A DNA stretch of 64,000 nt from Kiritimatiellota bacterium (GCA_026398415.1 JAPLSY010000032.1:15197-79196), one strand, 5' to 3'. Shown: positions 19,971 to 29,728, counted from the first letter of the stretch. Notes: a model not told the origin generated them from the letters alone. Numbers and translations are program-made.

Positions 19971-20804
19971 TTACAGCAGCTTATGCTTGTATTCATCGGG
20001 CAAATATATGTCGACTTCCGGTCTTCCCACACATTGATTCCCGCCTTCATAACCATAAACTGTATTTAAAAAACGGCGGTAAGTGTCGATAAGATCATTT
20101 TCATCCTTGCCCCGATATTCATGCTCCGATCCATCTTTGGTATATGTAAAAAAATAAGGTGGCAAGATCTTGTAAACGGGGATATTTTTCCGGTTTTCGG
20201 CGGCTTTTTTCGCTTTAAGATACATTTCCTCGCAAACGGCCTGTGGAGTGCGACTTTTGATTATGAACGGCCCTAATGCCTTTTTCGACACAACCCGCTC
20301 CATCTGAGGAACAAGCTTCAGCATTTCATCTACCGCCGCCTGATCTCCTGAAACCATTATTGTCGGAACACGGCGCGAAGCCAGTAGGTTAATAAACATT
20401 CCGCCCTCTCCGTATGCCTTGCCGTTCAGCACCATGCGCGTATGCGGCAGGCACGCAAAGGGCGTTCCCGCCATTGCATGCGCACAAAGGTACATACCGG
20501 CATCATATTCATCTTCCAGAAAAAACGGAAGCCATGGCGCTCTGGAATAGTTGCCGGTGATAAGTTCCACTCTTTGGTCAAGTTCCTCAATAATGATACT
20601 ATTTCCCGCTCCATGCGAATCCCATATAGTGACGTGTTTCGCGCCACCAGCGAACGCGCCACGCGCTGCCGCATTGACTTCATCCGTATAAAGCTTCCGT
20701 AAACGCAAGCGCCGGTGAAGGTTTTCCGCCGACTGATCGTCACGATTCTCAAATTGCGCCATCCCGGCAATGCCTTCAATATCGGCTTGAATATAAAGTT
20801 TCAT
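19971..20804 (-). CDS. M55 family metallopeptidase (D-aminopeptidase DppA-like)
   Basis: MKLYIQADIEG, DSHG, HAMAG...HT, GEGG, VSGD. Confidence 0.87.
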   Translation of the reverse strand: MKLYIQADIEGIAGMAQFENRDDQSAENLHRRLRLRKLYTDEVNAAARGAFAGGAKHVTIWDSHGAGNSIIIEELDQRVELITGNYSRAPWLPFFLEDEYDAGMYLCAHAMAGTPFACLPHTRMVLNGKAYGEGGMFINLLASRRVPTIMVSGDQAAVDEMLKLVPQMERVVSKKALGPFIIKSRTPQAVCEEMYLKAKKAAENRKNIPVYKILPPYFFTYTKDGSEHEYRGKDENDLIDTYRRFLNTVYGYEGGNQCVGRPEVDIYLPDEYKHKLL

Positions 20805-20851
20805 AAGTAGCATCTGCCTGGATCAGTGAGAGGATTTCCCGTCGCTTGTTT

Positions 20852-20897
20852 CCGCCACAGGCGGTTCCCGCTCCGAACTGAACAAGTTTTTCGGCGG
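20852..20897. repeat. REP-like palindromes
   Basis: CCGCC-ACA-GGCGG, then TCCCGCTCCGA-N14-TCGGCGG; both motifs recur in the tRNA-like shell at 35755-35995. Confidence 0.6.
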
Positions 20898-20935
20898 TTA
20901 CTTGCCTGCTTCGCAGAAAAGTGCAAAATTAAATA

Positions 20936-21874
20936 TCAAATATATATCTTTTTTGCGGCGGCCGCATAGGCGCGTTCAAATTCGTTGCCGTCATAGCCGG
21001 GATCATTAGCGGGGATATCCGCCAGGTGGCATTCGCGCCCTTTCTGTTCGCGGGAAATACGCCCGGCAAGCATAATCCTGACCGATTCGTTCAGCGCCGG
21101 AACGGGCGCAATGGCGTTCTTTTTCGTCTCCATATAGTCGCAGATTCTGTCCAGAAGGGCCGCGTAAATCTTCGACGTATCCACCCGGAACTGATGGGTC
21201 GCCTTGGTAGTCATGATCACGAATTCGAATGGTTGCCAGGTGCCCTGAAACGTGTTGTAGGTGGCGGTAACGCCATTGGCGTATTTTACAAAAAAAGTCT
21301 CGCAAATTTTTCCATCTATGTTGCTTCGCCCCATAAATGCGCAGGACTGGGCGCCCGTCCCAACGATGCCTTCAATGCCCTCCACTACGTGGACCGCATA
21401 ATTGAACTCGTCCACGCCGGCGGTTCCAAAGACATTCAGGATTTTGCCCCGTTCGGATTCCGGCTGGGCGGCAAAATTGACAATTTCCTGCGCATAGCGC
21501 ACCGAAGAACTGCCCAGAATCACGGCGCCGTCGGCCGCAAGCGTCTCAATGGCTTTACAATCCCTGATATTGCCGACAATCGGCTTGTCAATAAATACCG
21601 GCTTGCCTTTTTTGATGAACGGCATGGCCTGCTTGATGTGATTGTCCCAATTACAGCTTTGTACAAAACCGATATCCACCATTTCCGCCAGCTCTTCAAT
21701 GCTCCGGCAGCGTTTTTCCAAGCCCTGTTTGGCTATAAACGCTTCCACTTCATCGTCGCCCCGGAAGCCGTCATTATATACGGCCACATAACGCGCCCGA
21801 TTACCCTGATGCAGGTATTTCGTAAACGACAGCGGATGCGACACATCCAGATTTACTCCACCGATTCTGATCAT
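20936..21874 (-). CDS. Gfo/Idh/MocA family oxidoreductase
   Basis: Rossmann N-terminus, PVFIDKP, SSSVRY, YAVHVVE. Confidence 0.82.
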   Translation of the reverse strand: MIRIGGVNLDVSHPLSFTKYLHQGNRARYVAVYNDGFRGDDEVEAFIAKQGLEKRCRSIEELAEMVDIGFVQSCNWDNHIKQAMPFIKKGKPVFIDKPIVGNIRDCKAIETLAADGAVILGSSSVRYAQEIVNFAAQPESERGKILNVFGTAGVDEFNYAVHVVEGIEGIVGTGAQSCAFMGRSNIDGKICETFFVKYANGVTATYNTFQGTWQPFEFVIMTTKATHQFRVDTSKIYAALLDRICDYMETKKNAIAPVPALNESVRIMLAGRISREQKGRECHLADIPANDPGYDGNEFERAYAAAAKKIYI

Positions 21875-21896
21875 AGCGTGATCCTTTCTTGAAATT

Positions 21897-22901
21897 TTAC
21901 CATTTGTATTCGGCTTCGCAAACGGGAACCGGCGCCTTATTTTTGATTGACTCGTTGACTTTAAAACTGATTACCGCAGCCCGGGCGGCCTTCACCAAAC
22001 CATTCGGCGGTTCTGTGTCATTAAGAATGGCATCCGCCAACTGATCAATCTCGGTTGCCTGGCCCTTGTCCACAACACCATACTCCAGACGGGCGCGTTC
22101 CTGAGCCTCAAAGCCGAAATAGCTCATTTCCCGAAAATCATTGATATATATCGCCTTGCCGGCACAGTAAATTTCTGTGGCTTCTTTCGGAAAAGCGGCG
22201 CATCCGGCGCTGGCAATCAGCGTTGTCCCCACGGACCCATCGGCAAACGTTATTGTGACTATGCCGCTATCCGGGATCTTGACCTTGGCCGGATCGAGAA
22301 ATGTACCGCCCGAGGCATAGACGGAAACCGGCGGCGCTTCCACCAATTCACAGAGCAGATCGAATATATGGCATCCTTCGCCCACAAAACGGCCGCCGCC
22401 GACTTTTGGATCATGGGTCCAACTGTTTTCCGGAAATGGCGCCTGGATCCGGTGATAAATCATTTTTTTACCCGTTACCTGCTTGAGTAATCGCCGCGCT
22501 TCGCCGACCAAAGGAGCCAAGCCGCGGTTATAGCCGACCGTATATTTCACACCGGCTTTCTTTACCGCCTCAGCCACGGCCCGGCATTCCTCCCGATTCA
22601 GTCCCATGGGTTTTTCACAGAGGATATGTTTGCCGGCTGCGGCCGCCTGAATGCTTAAGGCCGCATGGGAATCGTGGCGGGTCGTAATAAACACCGCATG
22701 AATCGCCGGGTCCGCGAGAAGCTTATGCAGATCGGTGGTGGCGTAGGCCGCGCCGGTATCCTTGGCCACCTGATCCGCGGCGGCCTGGTCAATATCCATG
22801 GCAGCATAAATCCTGAATTTAGGATTTTTCTTAAGATTAGGGATATGCATGCCGCGGGCAAATCCACCACAACCAATCAGTCCAACATTGATCGTTTGCA
22901 T
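21897..22901 (-). CDS. Gfo/Idh/MocA family oxidoreductase
   Basis: GLIGCGG, HILCEKP, VGYNR, GGGRFVGEGCHIFD. Confidence 0.92.
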   Translation of the reverse strand: MQTINVGLIGCGGFARGMHIPNLKKNPKFRIYAAMDIDQAAADQVAKDTGAAYATTDLHKLLADPAIHAVFITTRHDSHAALSIQAAAAGKHILCEKPMGLNREECRAVAEAVKKAGVKYTVGYNRGLAPLVGEARRLLKQVTGKKMIYHRIQAPFPENSWTHDPKVGGGRFVGEGCHIFDLLCELVEAPPVSVYASGGTFLDPAKVKIPDSGIVTITFADGSVGTTLIASAGCAAFPKEATEIYCAGKAIYINDFREMSYFGFEAQERARLEYGVVDKGQATEIDQLADAILNDTEPPNGLVKAARAAVISFKVNESIKNKAPVPVCEAEYKW

Positions 22902-22991
22902 CGAATAATCCTTTTTGGATGGTTTGTTCCATAATAACGCGGTTAAGGTTGCATCGTACCCATCCCTGCGCGATGCTCCTTTTTCTGAAGC

Positions 22992-23063
22992 TAATCTAGC
23001 ATATGGACCGGACCAGCGTAAATGTTCGATCCTGCAATTCTATTGCACTATTTTGCACCTTTA
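22992..23063 (-). promoter_or_regulatory. Promoter/operator, copy A of a 72-bp duplication
   Basis: 66/72 identical to 26516-26587; on - strand three TGCA boxes, TTTACG-18bp-TAGATT with extended TG. Confidence 0.7.
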
Positions 23064-23170
23064 ACCCGGGATATTTCCCGCTTGGTGCCAAATATCCGCC
23101 AAACTGACGCGATGCAAAATGAAGGTCAATCCTTGTTCCATTCGCCGATAATGCGTATGGCGTCTATTTC

Positions 23171-24588
23171 TTAATGGCCGATGAACACTGTGCCTGGACA
23201 GAGATACTCGTAGGCGCCGATATCAACGGTTTTGCGGAAAGTATCAATGCGCCGATTGCCGTAATAATCCAGCGCACCCTCCATCCAGCCTCGATTTACC
23301 CCGGCATTGATGCAGGGCGAATCCGGTTGCAACCGGAAATCAGTGGCGTTATTCACATATCGCGGATTGTTGGTGATGGTATTGATCCCGGAGGCCAAAG
23401 ATCCCTTCGCTGTTCCAGTAACATTGTTGCTATAAATGTCCGGCGCGGTGCAGCAGTTGGTAAATGTGACCCATGTTGTTGATGGATTTGAGAAATTAAC
23501 GTACCAATTAGAGGCACCGGCTGTGCCTGAGCTGTTGCCCCATATTATGGTGTTTTCAATTTTCGGGAAACCAGCATATTGCGAGTAATCGAATCCGCCA
23601 CCGCCACCGCCAACTACGTTACTGGCAATCGTACAATTTTGAATTATAATACCATAATCACCTTTGATTCCACCACCACCAGCAACCGAACTATTATTAA
23701 CAATCAAGCAATTTCTGATCAAGGCACCGTCACCAATCATACGAAGGCCAGCCCCACAACCGTTGCCAGGATAATTAGCTGTATTGCCCATGATAAAGGA
23801 ATTATAGCATGCCACGCCGCCAACCATACGTATTCCGCCGGAGCCCATGATGCTAAATTAGATACAATCCGGCAATTACTGATAATCGTAGACGCGTTGA
23901 CGGCGCTGATAGCCCCGCCCTCCCCGCCGTATACAGTAGAATTGCCGGAGATTGTACAATTTGCAATCCACCAGGGCCCCCCGGACGCGACATAAACCCC
24001 TCCTCCCGACGAGTTTGATGCCCAGTTGCCGCTAATTGTGCAATTCCACACGCCTCCCGCACCGGTTATCATATACACACCACCTCCGGCGGAGGAATAT
24101 GTAACGTTGCTCACAATTATACAGTTTGTCACCAGTCCATTCTGCAAATAGATTGACCCGCCGGAACTCTCGTACCCCTTTTTGAGCGTCAAGCCCGCCA
24201 CGGTGGCCCCGGCATTGTTAAGCGTGAAATGCCGGCTGATTGCGTTGGGATATCTGCCGCTCAGGATCGTATTGGTCGGATCGTAGATTCCGCCCGGCCC
24301 CCAACTCCGCACCGTAATGGCGTAGCTGACGGTTATTTGATTCGCGAGGTAATAGGTCTGGTTGTTGGTCACATACACCGTGTCGTTGTCGCGGGCAGCG
24401 GCAACGACTTCAGTTAGATTGGTGTGGGCCCATCCCCAATTGGTCCACGGCGGGGTCGGCGACGGCTGCTGGCTCGACGCCACCACATAATAATTCGTCG
24501 CCGATGCCCAGGGCGCCGCCAGGGCCATCGCCAGCCCCAGCCCGATCAACATCCGTTGCAAGTATTGAGTTTTCAGCGTGCGCCTCAC
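23171..24588 (-). pseudogene. Secreted beta-helix protein copy 2, split by a 1-nt frameshift
   Basis: ORFs 23737-24588 and 23171-23848 together align end to end with 9646-11082; adding one G to TCATGGGCTCC near 23844-23846 restores the frame. Confidence 0.8.
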
Positions 24589-24630
24589 TTTGGCAAAATG
24601 CCTCGCGTTGTCCTAAATTACCATTCCAGC

Positions 24631-26346
24631 TCAAAAGTGCAACTTTGATCGCACGAAATCACGGAAACTTTGAAAAGCACGTACCACGGCACAGTTGGAT
24701 GTTTTCACTTTCGGCTTTACCGTGATAAAAGTGCCAATCACATCGCTGACTATCTTGCCTTTTTCGGTATCTAATACTCCTATCCTGGAATAAATCAGAA
24801 GAAATGTGTCTTTGTCCACAGCGGCGATAAAATCATAGAAGCTGCTCGGTTCCTTGCCGAAGCATAAATGCCCTTGCCAGGTATTGCCGTTATCTGCGCT
24901 GAAAGCAACCCAGTTCCCGGGTCGGCCATAAACCACGGCCAAAATCCCGCTTTGGGCACGGGCAACATTGGGATAAACGCCTCGATCGGCAATGGGTGCC
25001 GGCTTCGACCAGGTTTTGCCTTCATCCGTTGAACGGGAAAGATATAATGGCGTGTACTTAATCCCCGCAATCGCCGCGCCGGTGCGCATGAAACACAAGA
25101 TTGCTTTGTTCGGAAGTTGGAGTAAGGCTGATTCATTGGCGCCTTCTATGCCGATTTCCGGATCATAAACGACCGTGGCACGATAATTCCAAGTCTTGCC
25201 TTTGTCCGTTGAATGCATTACCCATACACGGTTCTTGTATATTTTATAGTCATACCCTAGCATCTGGACCTTATCATCCTTGAAATTACCGTACATGACG
25301 GATAACAGGCTGCCATCCGAAAGCTGGATGGTGCCATGGTCAAAAACACCTACCCATTTATGCTCAATATTCTGATCATCGACAATTGCGTCAGTTCCAT
25401 CTGGAATAGAGGCCTTCACCTTTTCCTGTGATAGTTTCCCGTCCGGCGTCCATGTGGAAAGGTCAACTTCGTATACCCCGGGGGATACATAATTGGCCGT
25501 CCACCCCGGCTGGACAATTGTTCCATCAGAAAGCTCTACGGCGCTAATTCCCGGGCTGGACTGACTTCTTTTATTCCAGGTGTTGCCGCCATCTTCCGAC
25601 CAGTAATTGTCATGGACCACCATCCGGCCGTCCTTATAGCGGAAGAAAGAAAAGAATTCCGGCGCATCAGAGGGAACGATGATTACCGTCTTGCCCATAC
25701 TGATGTCCAGATCCGGCGCCTGTGGAATTTCGATCTTCGTTTCTCTTGCGGCGCCTAAGCTCCTAAAACGAACAAACTTCCATACGCCTTCGCCGGTGGC
25801 GGTAGAAGATCCAGCGCCAAAACACACACTATTCCGGTTGTCAGTGACCGGCTCGACAAATTGTCCTTTCCCATCCCAAATGAGTTTCCCGTCAGCCAGG
25901 AGTCTCACATCTTGACCTTTTATTTCGATGCGATAGGTGTGAAACACGTCGTCGGTCTGGAAGGGAACTTCGGCCGAAGGCTGGGAAAATACAATTCGAT
26001 TGGGGAAAAACGTAAAAGAACCTCCATGTACTCCATCAGAAAAGCCGATACAATTACCGGACTCGCCGGAACAATTAATGGTTTTCATGTTGGCTTCAAC
26101 AATGGCGCCGGCCGCCGGATCTATATTCCATTTAACTGTGTAAAGGCGCCCGCTGCCTGCATTCGTAGATGTATCCATGATCCTCAGACCTTCCGCAGTT
26201 GCCTCGTTTGAAGTCTGAGACCCCATCCAACCGCCGATGTTTTTGGTCAATTCTTTGCCATCAAGCAGGGAAATCCATCTTTCCTCTGCGGCAAAAGCCG
26301 CTGCAAGAACAAAGATTCCGCAGATCACGTAAAGGACTTTTTTCAT
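24631..26346 (-). CDS. Secreted sialidase-like (BNR/Asp-box) protein with N-terminal lectin-like domain
   Basis: Signal peptide; Asp boxes SEDGGNTW, STDKGKTW, STDEGKTW, SADNGNTW; substrate not determinable. Confidence 0.8.
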   Translation of the reverse strand: MKKVLYVICGIFVLAAAFAAEERWISLLDGKELTKNIGGWMGSQTSNEATAEGLRIMDTSTNAGSGRLYTVKWNIDPAAGAIVEANMKTINCSGESGNCIGFSDGVHGGSFTFFPNRIVFSQPSAEVPFQTDDVFHTYRIEIKGQDVRLLADGKLIWDGKGQFVEPVTDNRNSVCFGAGSSTATGEGVWKFVRFRSLGAARETKIEIPQAPDLDISMGKTVIIVPSDAPEFFSFFRYKDGRMVVHDNYWSEDGGNTWNKRSQSSPGISAVELSDGTIVQPGWTANYVSPGVYEVDLSTWTPDGKLSQEKVKASIPDGTDAIVDDQNIEHKWVGVFDHGTIQLSDGSLLSVMYGNFKDDKVQMLGYDYKIYKNRVWVMHSTDKGKTWNYRATVVYDPEIGIEGANESALLQLPNKAILCFMRTGAAIAGIKYTPLYLSRSTDEGKTWSKPAPIADRGVYPNVARAQSGILAVVYGRPGNWVAFSADNGNTWQGHLCFGKEPSSFYDFIAAVDKDTFLLIYSRIGVLDTEKGKIVSDVIGTFITVKPKVKTSNCAVVRAFQSFRDFVRSKLHF

Positions 26347-26515
26347 TGCCGTTTGCCTTTCTTTCGCTTTTGTTTTTCAATTTCACGCTGAACCAGGATA
26401 AACAAGGGATTCATCACGGATAATCGGGCTCTGCTAGCTGCACGTGAGCTTACTTTCAAGAGGGTTGCTCCACGTAATTACAGCAGCGTAGATAAGACAA
26501 CATTCCTCTACAAAT

Positions 26516-26587
26516 TAATTTAGCATATGGAACGGGCCGGCATAAATGTCCGATCCTGCAATTCTATTGCACTATTTTGCACCTTTA
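26516..26587 (-). promoter_or_regulatory. Promoter/operator, copy B of the 72-bp duplication, abutting the AraC stop codon
   Basis: Same motifs as copy A (TTTATG-18bp-TAAATT); includes the TAA of the AraC gene. Confidence 0.7.
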
Positions 26588-27433
26588 GGATGCAGGATAG
26601 ACGCGGCGGTAATATTGGCCGGGTGATACGTGATAGCGCTTTTTGAATTGCCGGCAAAAATAATAAGGACTGGCAAAACCGGATGCTTCGGCAATTGCGC
26701 CCACTTTCATTGCGGTGTTGCCCATTAAGACCACGGCCTGCGAGAGCCGGTAATTAATCAGGTAATTGATCGGCGAAAGTCCCGTGAGCCGGCGAAATTC
26801 GTGGCTTAAGGCGCTGACCGACATCGCCACAACCCGCGCCACGTCCGCCAGTTTGACATGGTCGCGGTAATGCTGATGCAGGTAACGCACGGCGGCATTG
26901 ATCCTGGCCTGTTGGACGGAAGGCGAACGATCAGGCTGATTGGCCCTGGTTCGCCGGCGCACATTCCCGGTCAGGTCCCGAGCCATCAGTAACACCAACT
27001 GCGCAAATAGCAGCCGCATCGTCATTTCACGATAGGGCCGTTGCATATGATATTCATTGATCAACTGTTGGAAGATATTCAACCATTCATTAGGCGTCTG
27101 GACAATCATGACCACCGGGAAACGGAATGGCGGACACATGGATACGGCGAATTTAGTCTGCGCCAAGTCCAAGCGTTCACACTCGTCCGGCCGGCAGGAA
27201 CCATGCCAGGTCTTGGGCGGCAACCATAACACATGCCCATCCCCTACCCGATACCGGCGGCCGGCAACGATGACATCGGTCCGGCCATTGACGATATAAC
27301 TCATCTGATAAAGATCGGGGTGTTGATGGGATTTACCGAGAAAGGAACCCGTCAAGGCAGTATGGTTGGGCCCCTCAATCCGGGCCGAACGATAGATCGC
27401 CTTCAGGAAGCGCTGTAATGCGAATTCATCCAT
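26585..27433 (-). CDS. AraC family transcriptional regulator
   Basis: Cupin HQH...WH and double HTH (LSHEFRRLTGLSP; SGFASPYYFCRQFKK); start MDEF follows GGAGGAG SD. Confidence 0.9.
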   Translation of the reverse strand: MDEFALQRFLKAIYRSARIEGPNHTALTGSFLGKSHQHPDLYQMSYIVNGRTDVIVAGRRYRVGDGHVLWLPPKTWHGSCRPDECERLDLAQTKFAVSMCPPFRFPVVMIVQTPNEWLNIFQQLINEYHMQRPYREMTMRLLFAQLVLLMARDLTGNVRRRTRANQPDRSPSVQQARINAAVRYLHQHYRDHVKLADVARVVAMSVSALSHEFRRLTGLSPINYLINYRLSQAVVLMGNTAMKVGAIAEASGFASPYYFCRQFKKRYHVSPGQYYRRVYPAS

Positions 27434-27500
27434 AGATCGCTCCTCCCCTCGCAAACGTCCAACCAGCAGAGCTGAGACCATGGTCAGGCTTCATCCTGCT

Positions 27501-27610
27501 TTCACCCTTCTTCGCCAGGAAGCCCTGTGGCTTGCCACAGGGAGGAATGGCGTTCTTGGCTTCGCAGGGTTCCGCAAGGATGCCACGCGGCTTGCCGCAG
27601 GGTGCTTCAC
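27501..27610. mobile_element. Non-autonomous IS200/IS605-like double-hairpin element (PATE/REP-like)
   Basis: Hairpins CCCTGTGGC-TT-GCCACAGGG and GCCACGCGGC-TT-GCCGCAGGGT, 60 bp apart, bounded by TTCAC at both ends. Confidence 0.55.
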
Positions 27611-27916
27611 CAATACTTGTGCCGGGCGTTAAATAAATCAAGAAAAATGAATTCCGCCGCCAAAATCACCGATCCCTTTCGAAAGAAATACGTGGTGTAT
27701 TTGCACCTCCACTATACCTTACATTCGTCATTATCAAAATATTTATCCTGCACCCAACCGGCCCAATCATCAAGTCCCGCTTGCAATCCAATGCCGCTTT
27801 GATAGGCTTTTTTCCCGCGTGGTAGTTTTCTGCCTTTAGTGATCCCGTCCGGATGTAAATCGGCTTTATTGTTCGAACAACCAAACGCGTAAAATTTTAA
27901 AAAAGAATGAGGTCGT

Positions 27917-29728
27917 ATGCCGGACGATTTAAAATTGATTGTCGATGAACGCTTCAGCGGTGGGCCGCGTCCTTATCAACTACCCCTGCCCCATGATCTG
28001 CTGATGCACAATAATTTCTTCGATTTGTATCCCCTGGACGGCGGCGGTGGACTGGCCTCCCACAGCATGATCGCAACGATTAATGACGCGGACTATGCGT
28101 GTCAAATCATCACCAAGCAGGCCTTGCGCGATTTCGGCACATTACCCCACCTCGACCACCAACGCTTTGAACAATGGCGGAGCATTGAAAAAAGTTGCTG
28201 GCTGAACCGGTTTTATTTCATCGTGCCGCTGGCCAAGCAGTATGCCCAGACAAAAAACGAGACTCTGGCCCGACTGATCATAGATACCCTGCTCCATTTT
28301 ATTGCAACCTGCCCGCCGCCGGTCGGCAAAGACAATGTGCTGAAACATCAGCGCTACGTCTATCATATCCGCGACGACAATTATAACCGCCAGACCTTTG
28401 AACAAAATCTGGCTGACAAAACCGATGTCCAATATATCTGGTTCGACTTCCAGCCGGCCAGCCGTGTTCTGCATTGGATGCATGTGTTCCATTTTCTCAA
28501 GGATTCGCCGTCCATTTCAAAAGACGAATGGAACATCATTTGCCAATGTTTATATCAACATGGCGAAGCGATCTATTACGGCGAGCATTTTGGATTAGAC
28601 CTGATTCCCGGCGACAATCACCAGAGTCTACGTGGCCTGGCATTGCTTCTGGCCGGCACGTTTTTTAAGGGATTCGGACTTTGGCAGGAATTCATCAGTG
28701 AAGGCGTTAAAATCATCAATTTCCACAGCCGCGCGAGCTTTGCTCCGGATGGATCGGAAATCGAGAACAGTCCTTCCTATCACATCTTCACCACCTGGCA
28801 TATCCGGGATGCCTACCTGCTCTCGCAAATCCATGGCTTCTCGCTGGAGGCAGAGATTAAAGATCGCTTAATCCGGCAAGCCGATGTGGTCAGATGGCTT
28901 ACGGATCCACAGGGAATGACCGTGGTGCTCAATGATGGCTACACCGTCAACGGGGCCGCTTTCTTAAAATCAATGTCGTTCTTACCGGTCCCCAGGGAGA
29001 AAGAAACAGCGCATTATTTCCCCGATGCCGGCATCGCAATATTACGACGGACGCCATTTTATCTTTGCCTGGACGCCTCGCCTTATACCGGCCAAAACTC
29101 GCATTATCATGGCGGCAAAAACGCCCTGTCCTTATGGGCGGGCAAGCTCCCGTTTTTAATTGACAGCGGGTGTCCGCCCTACGACGAAGAAAAGTTCAGT
29201 CAATGGTATAAACTGTCGCAGGCGCATTCGTCCCTGTTGATTAACGGCGCCGGCGACAGCACTTTGACCGGCACCTATGACTGGCAGCATCACGCCTCCG
29301 TTGTCTGCGCCGGCTGGCAAACAACCGCCGACTCACTGCGCATCGCCGCCAACCTGCAAAGTTCCGTCCCGGCCTGGCAGGGTGTGCGCTGGGAAAGAAC
29401 GGTCGCAATTTTACCGGACGCTTCACTCCGGATCGACGACACGGTAAAGGCTCCCGCCAACATTTCGGCAACCTTCATCCTGAATCTCCATCCCGCCATC
29501 CAGGTGCAGCCGAAAAACAGCACGGATTTCCTGCTCGCGCATCCGGACGGATGCGTTCTGGAAATGGGATTCACCAGTTCTATGCTTAACAATATTGAAG
29601 TCGCCGAAGGTCTATGTTATCTTGATTTTAAGCACAGGCAAACCATACGGATTTTAATCAAAATGCAAGACGGCAAAAATGTTTTCTTGACAACCCTGAT
29701 CGCAAGAAAGTCTTTGGCGCGCAACTGA
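27917..29728 (+). CDS. Heparinase II/III family polysaccharide lyase-like protein
   Basis: WLNRFYF, DNHQ, DGSEIENSPSYH, H-x-H, LIDSG..Y, AHS. Confidence 0.8.
   Translation: MPDDLKLIVDERFSGGPRPYQLPLPHDLLMHNNFFDLYPLDGGGGLASHSMIATINDADYACQIITKQALRDFGTLPHLDHQRFEQWRSIEKSCWLNRFYFIVPLAKQYAQTKNETLARLIIDTLLHFIATCPPPVGKDNVLKHQRYVYHIRDDNYNRQTFEQNLADKTDVQYIWFDFQPASRVLHWMHVFHFLKDSPSISKDEWNIICQCLYQHGEAIYYGEHFGLDLIPGDNHQSLRGLALLLAGTFFKGFGLWQEFISEGVKIINFHSRASFAPDGSEIENSPSYHIFTTWHIRDAYLLSQIHGFSLEAEIKDRLIRQADVVRWLTDPQGMTVVLNDGYTVNGAAFLKSMSFLPVPREKETAHYFPDAGIAILRRTPFYLCLDASPYTGQNSHYHGGKNALSLWAGKLPFLIDSGCPPYDEEKFSQWYKLSQAHSSLLINGAGDSTLTGTYDWQHHASVVCAGWQTTADSLRIAANLQSSVPAWQGVRWERTVAILPDASLRIDDTVKAPANISATFILNLHPAIQVQPKNSTDFLLAHPDGCVLEMGFTSSMLNNIEVAEGLCYLDFKHRQTIRILIKMQDGKNVFLTTLIARKSLARN

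Noticed and set aside
9646-24588. DGR-type or integron-cassette origin of the beta-helix variation
   Set aside because: Differences are not adenine-restricted and include indels; no RT, integron integrase or attC core sites seen
27426-27641. 71-aa ORF containing PCGKPxG twice
   Set aside because: It is the translation of the double-hairpin repeat element
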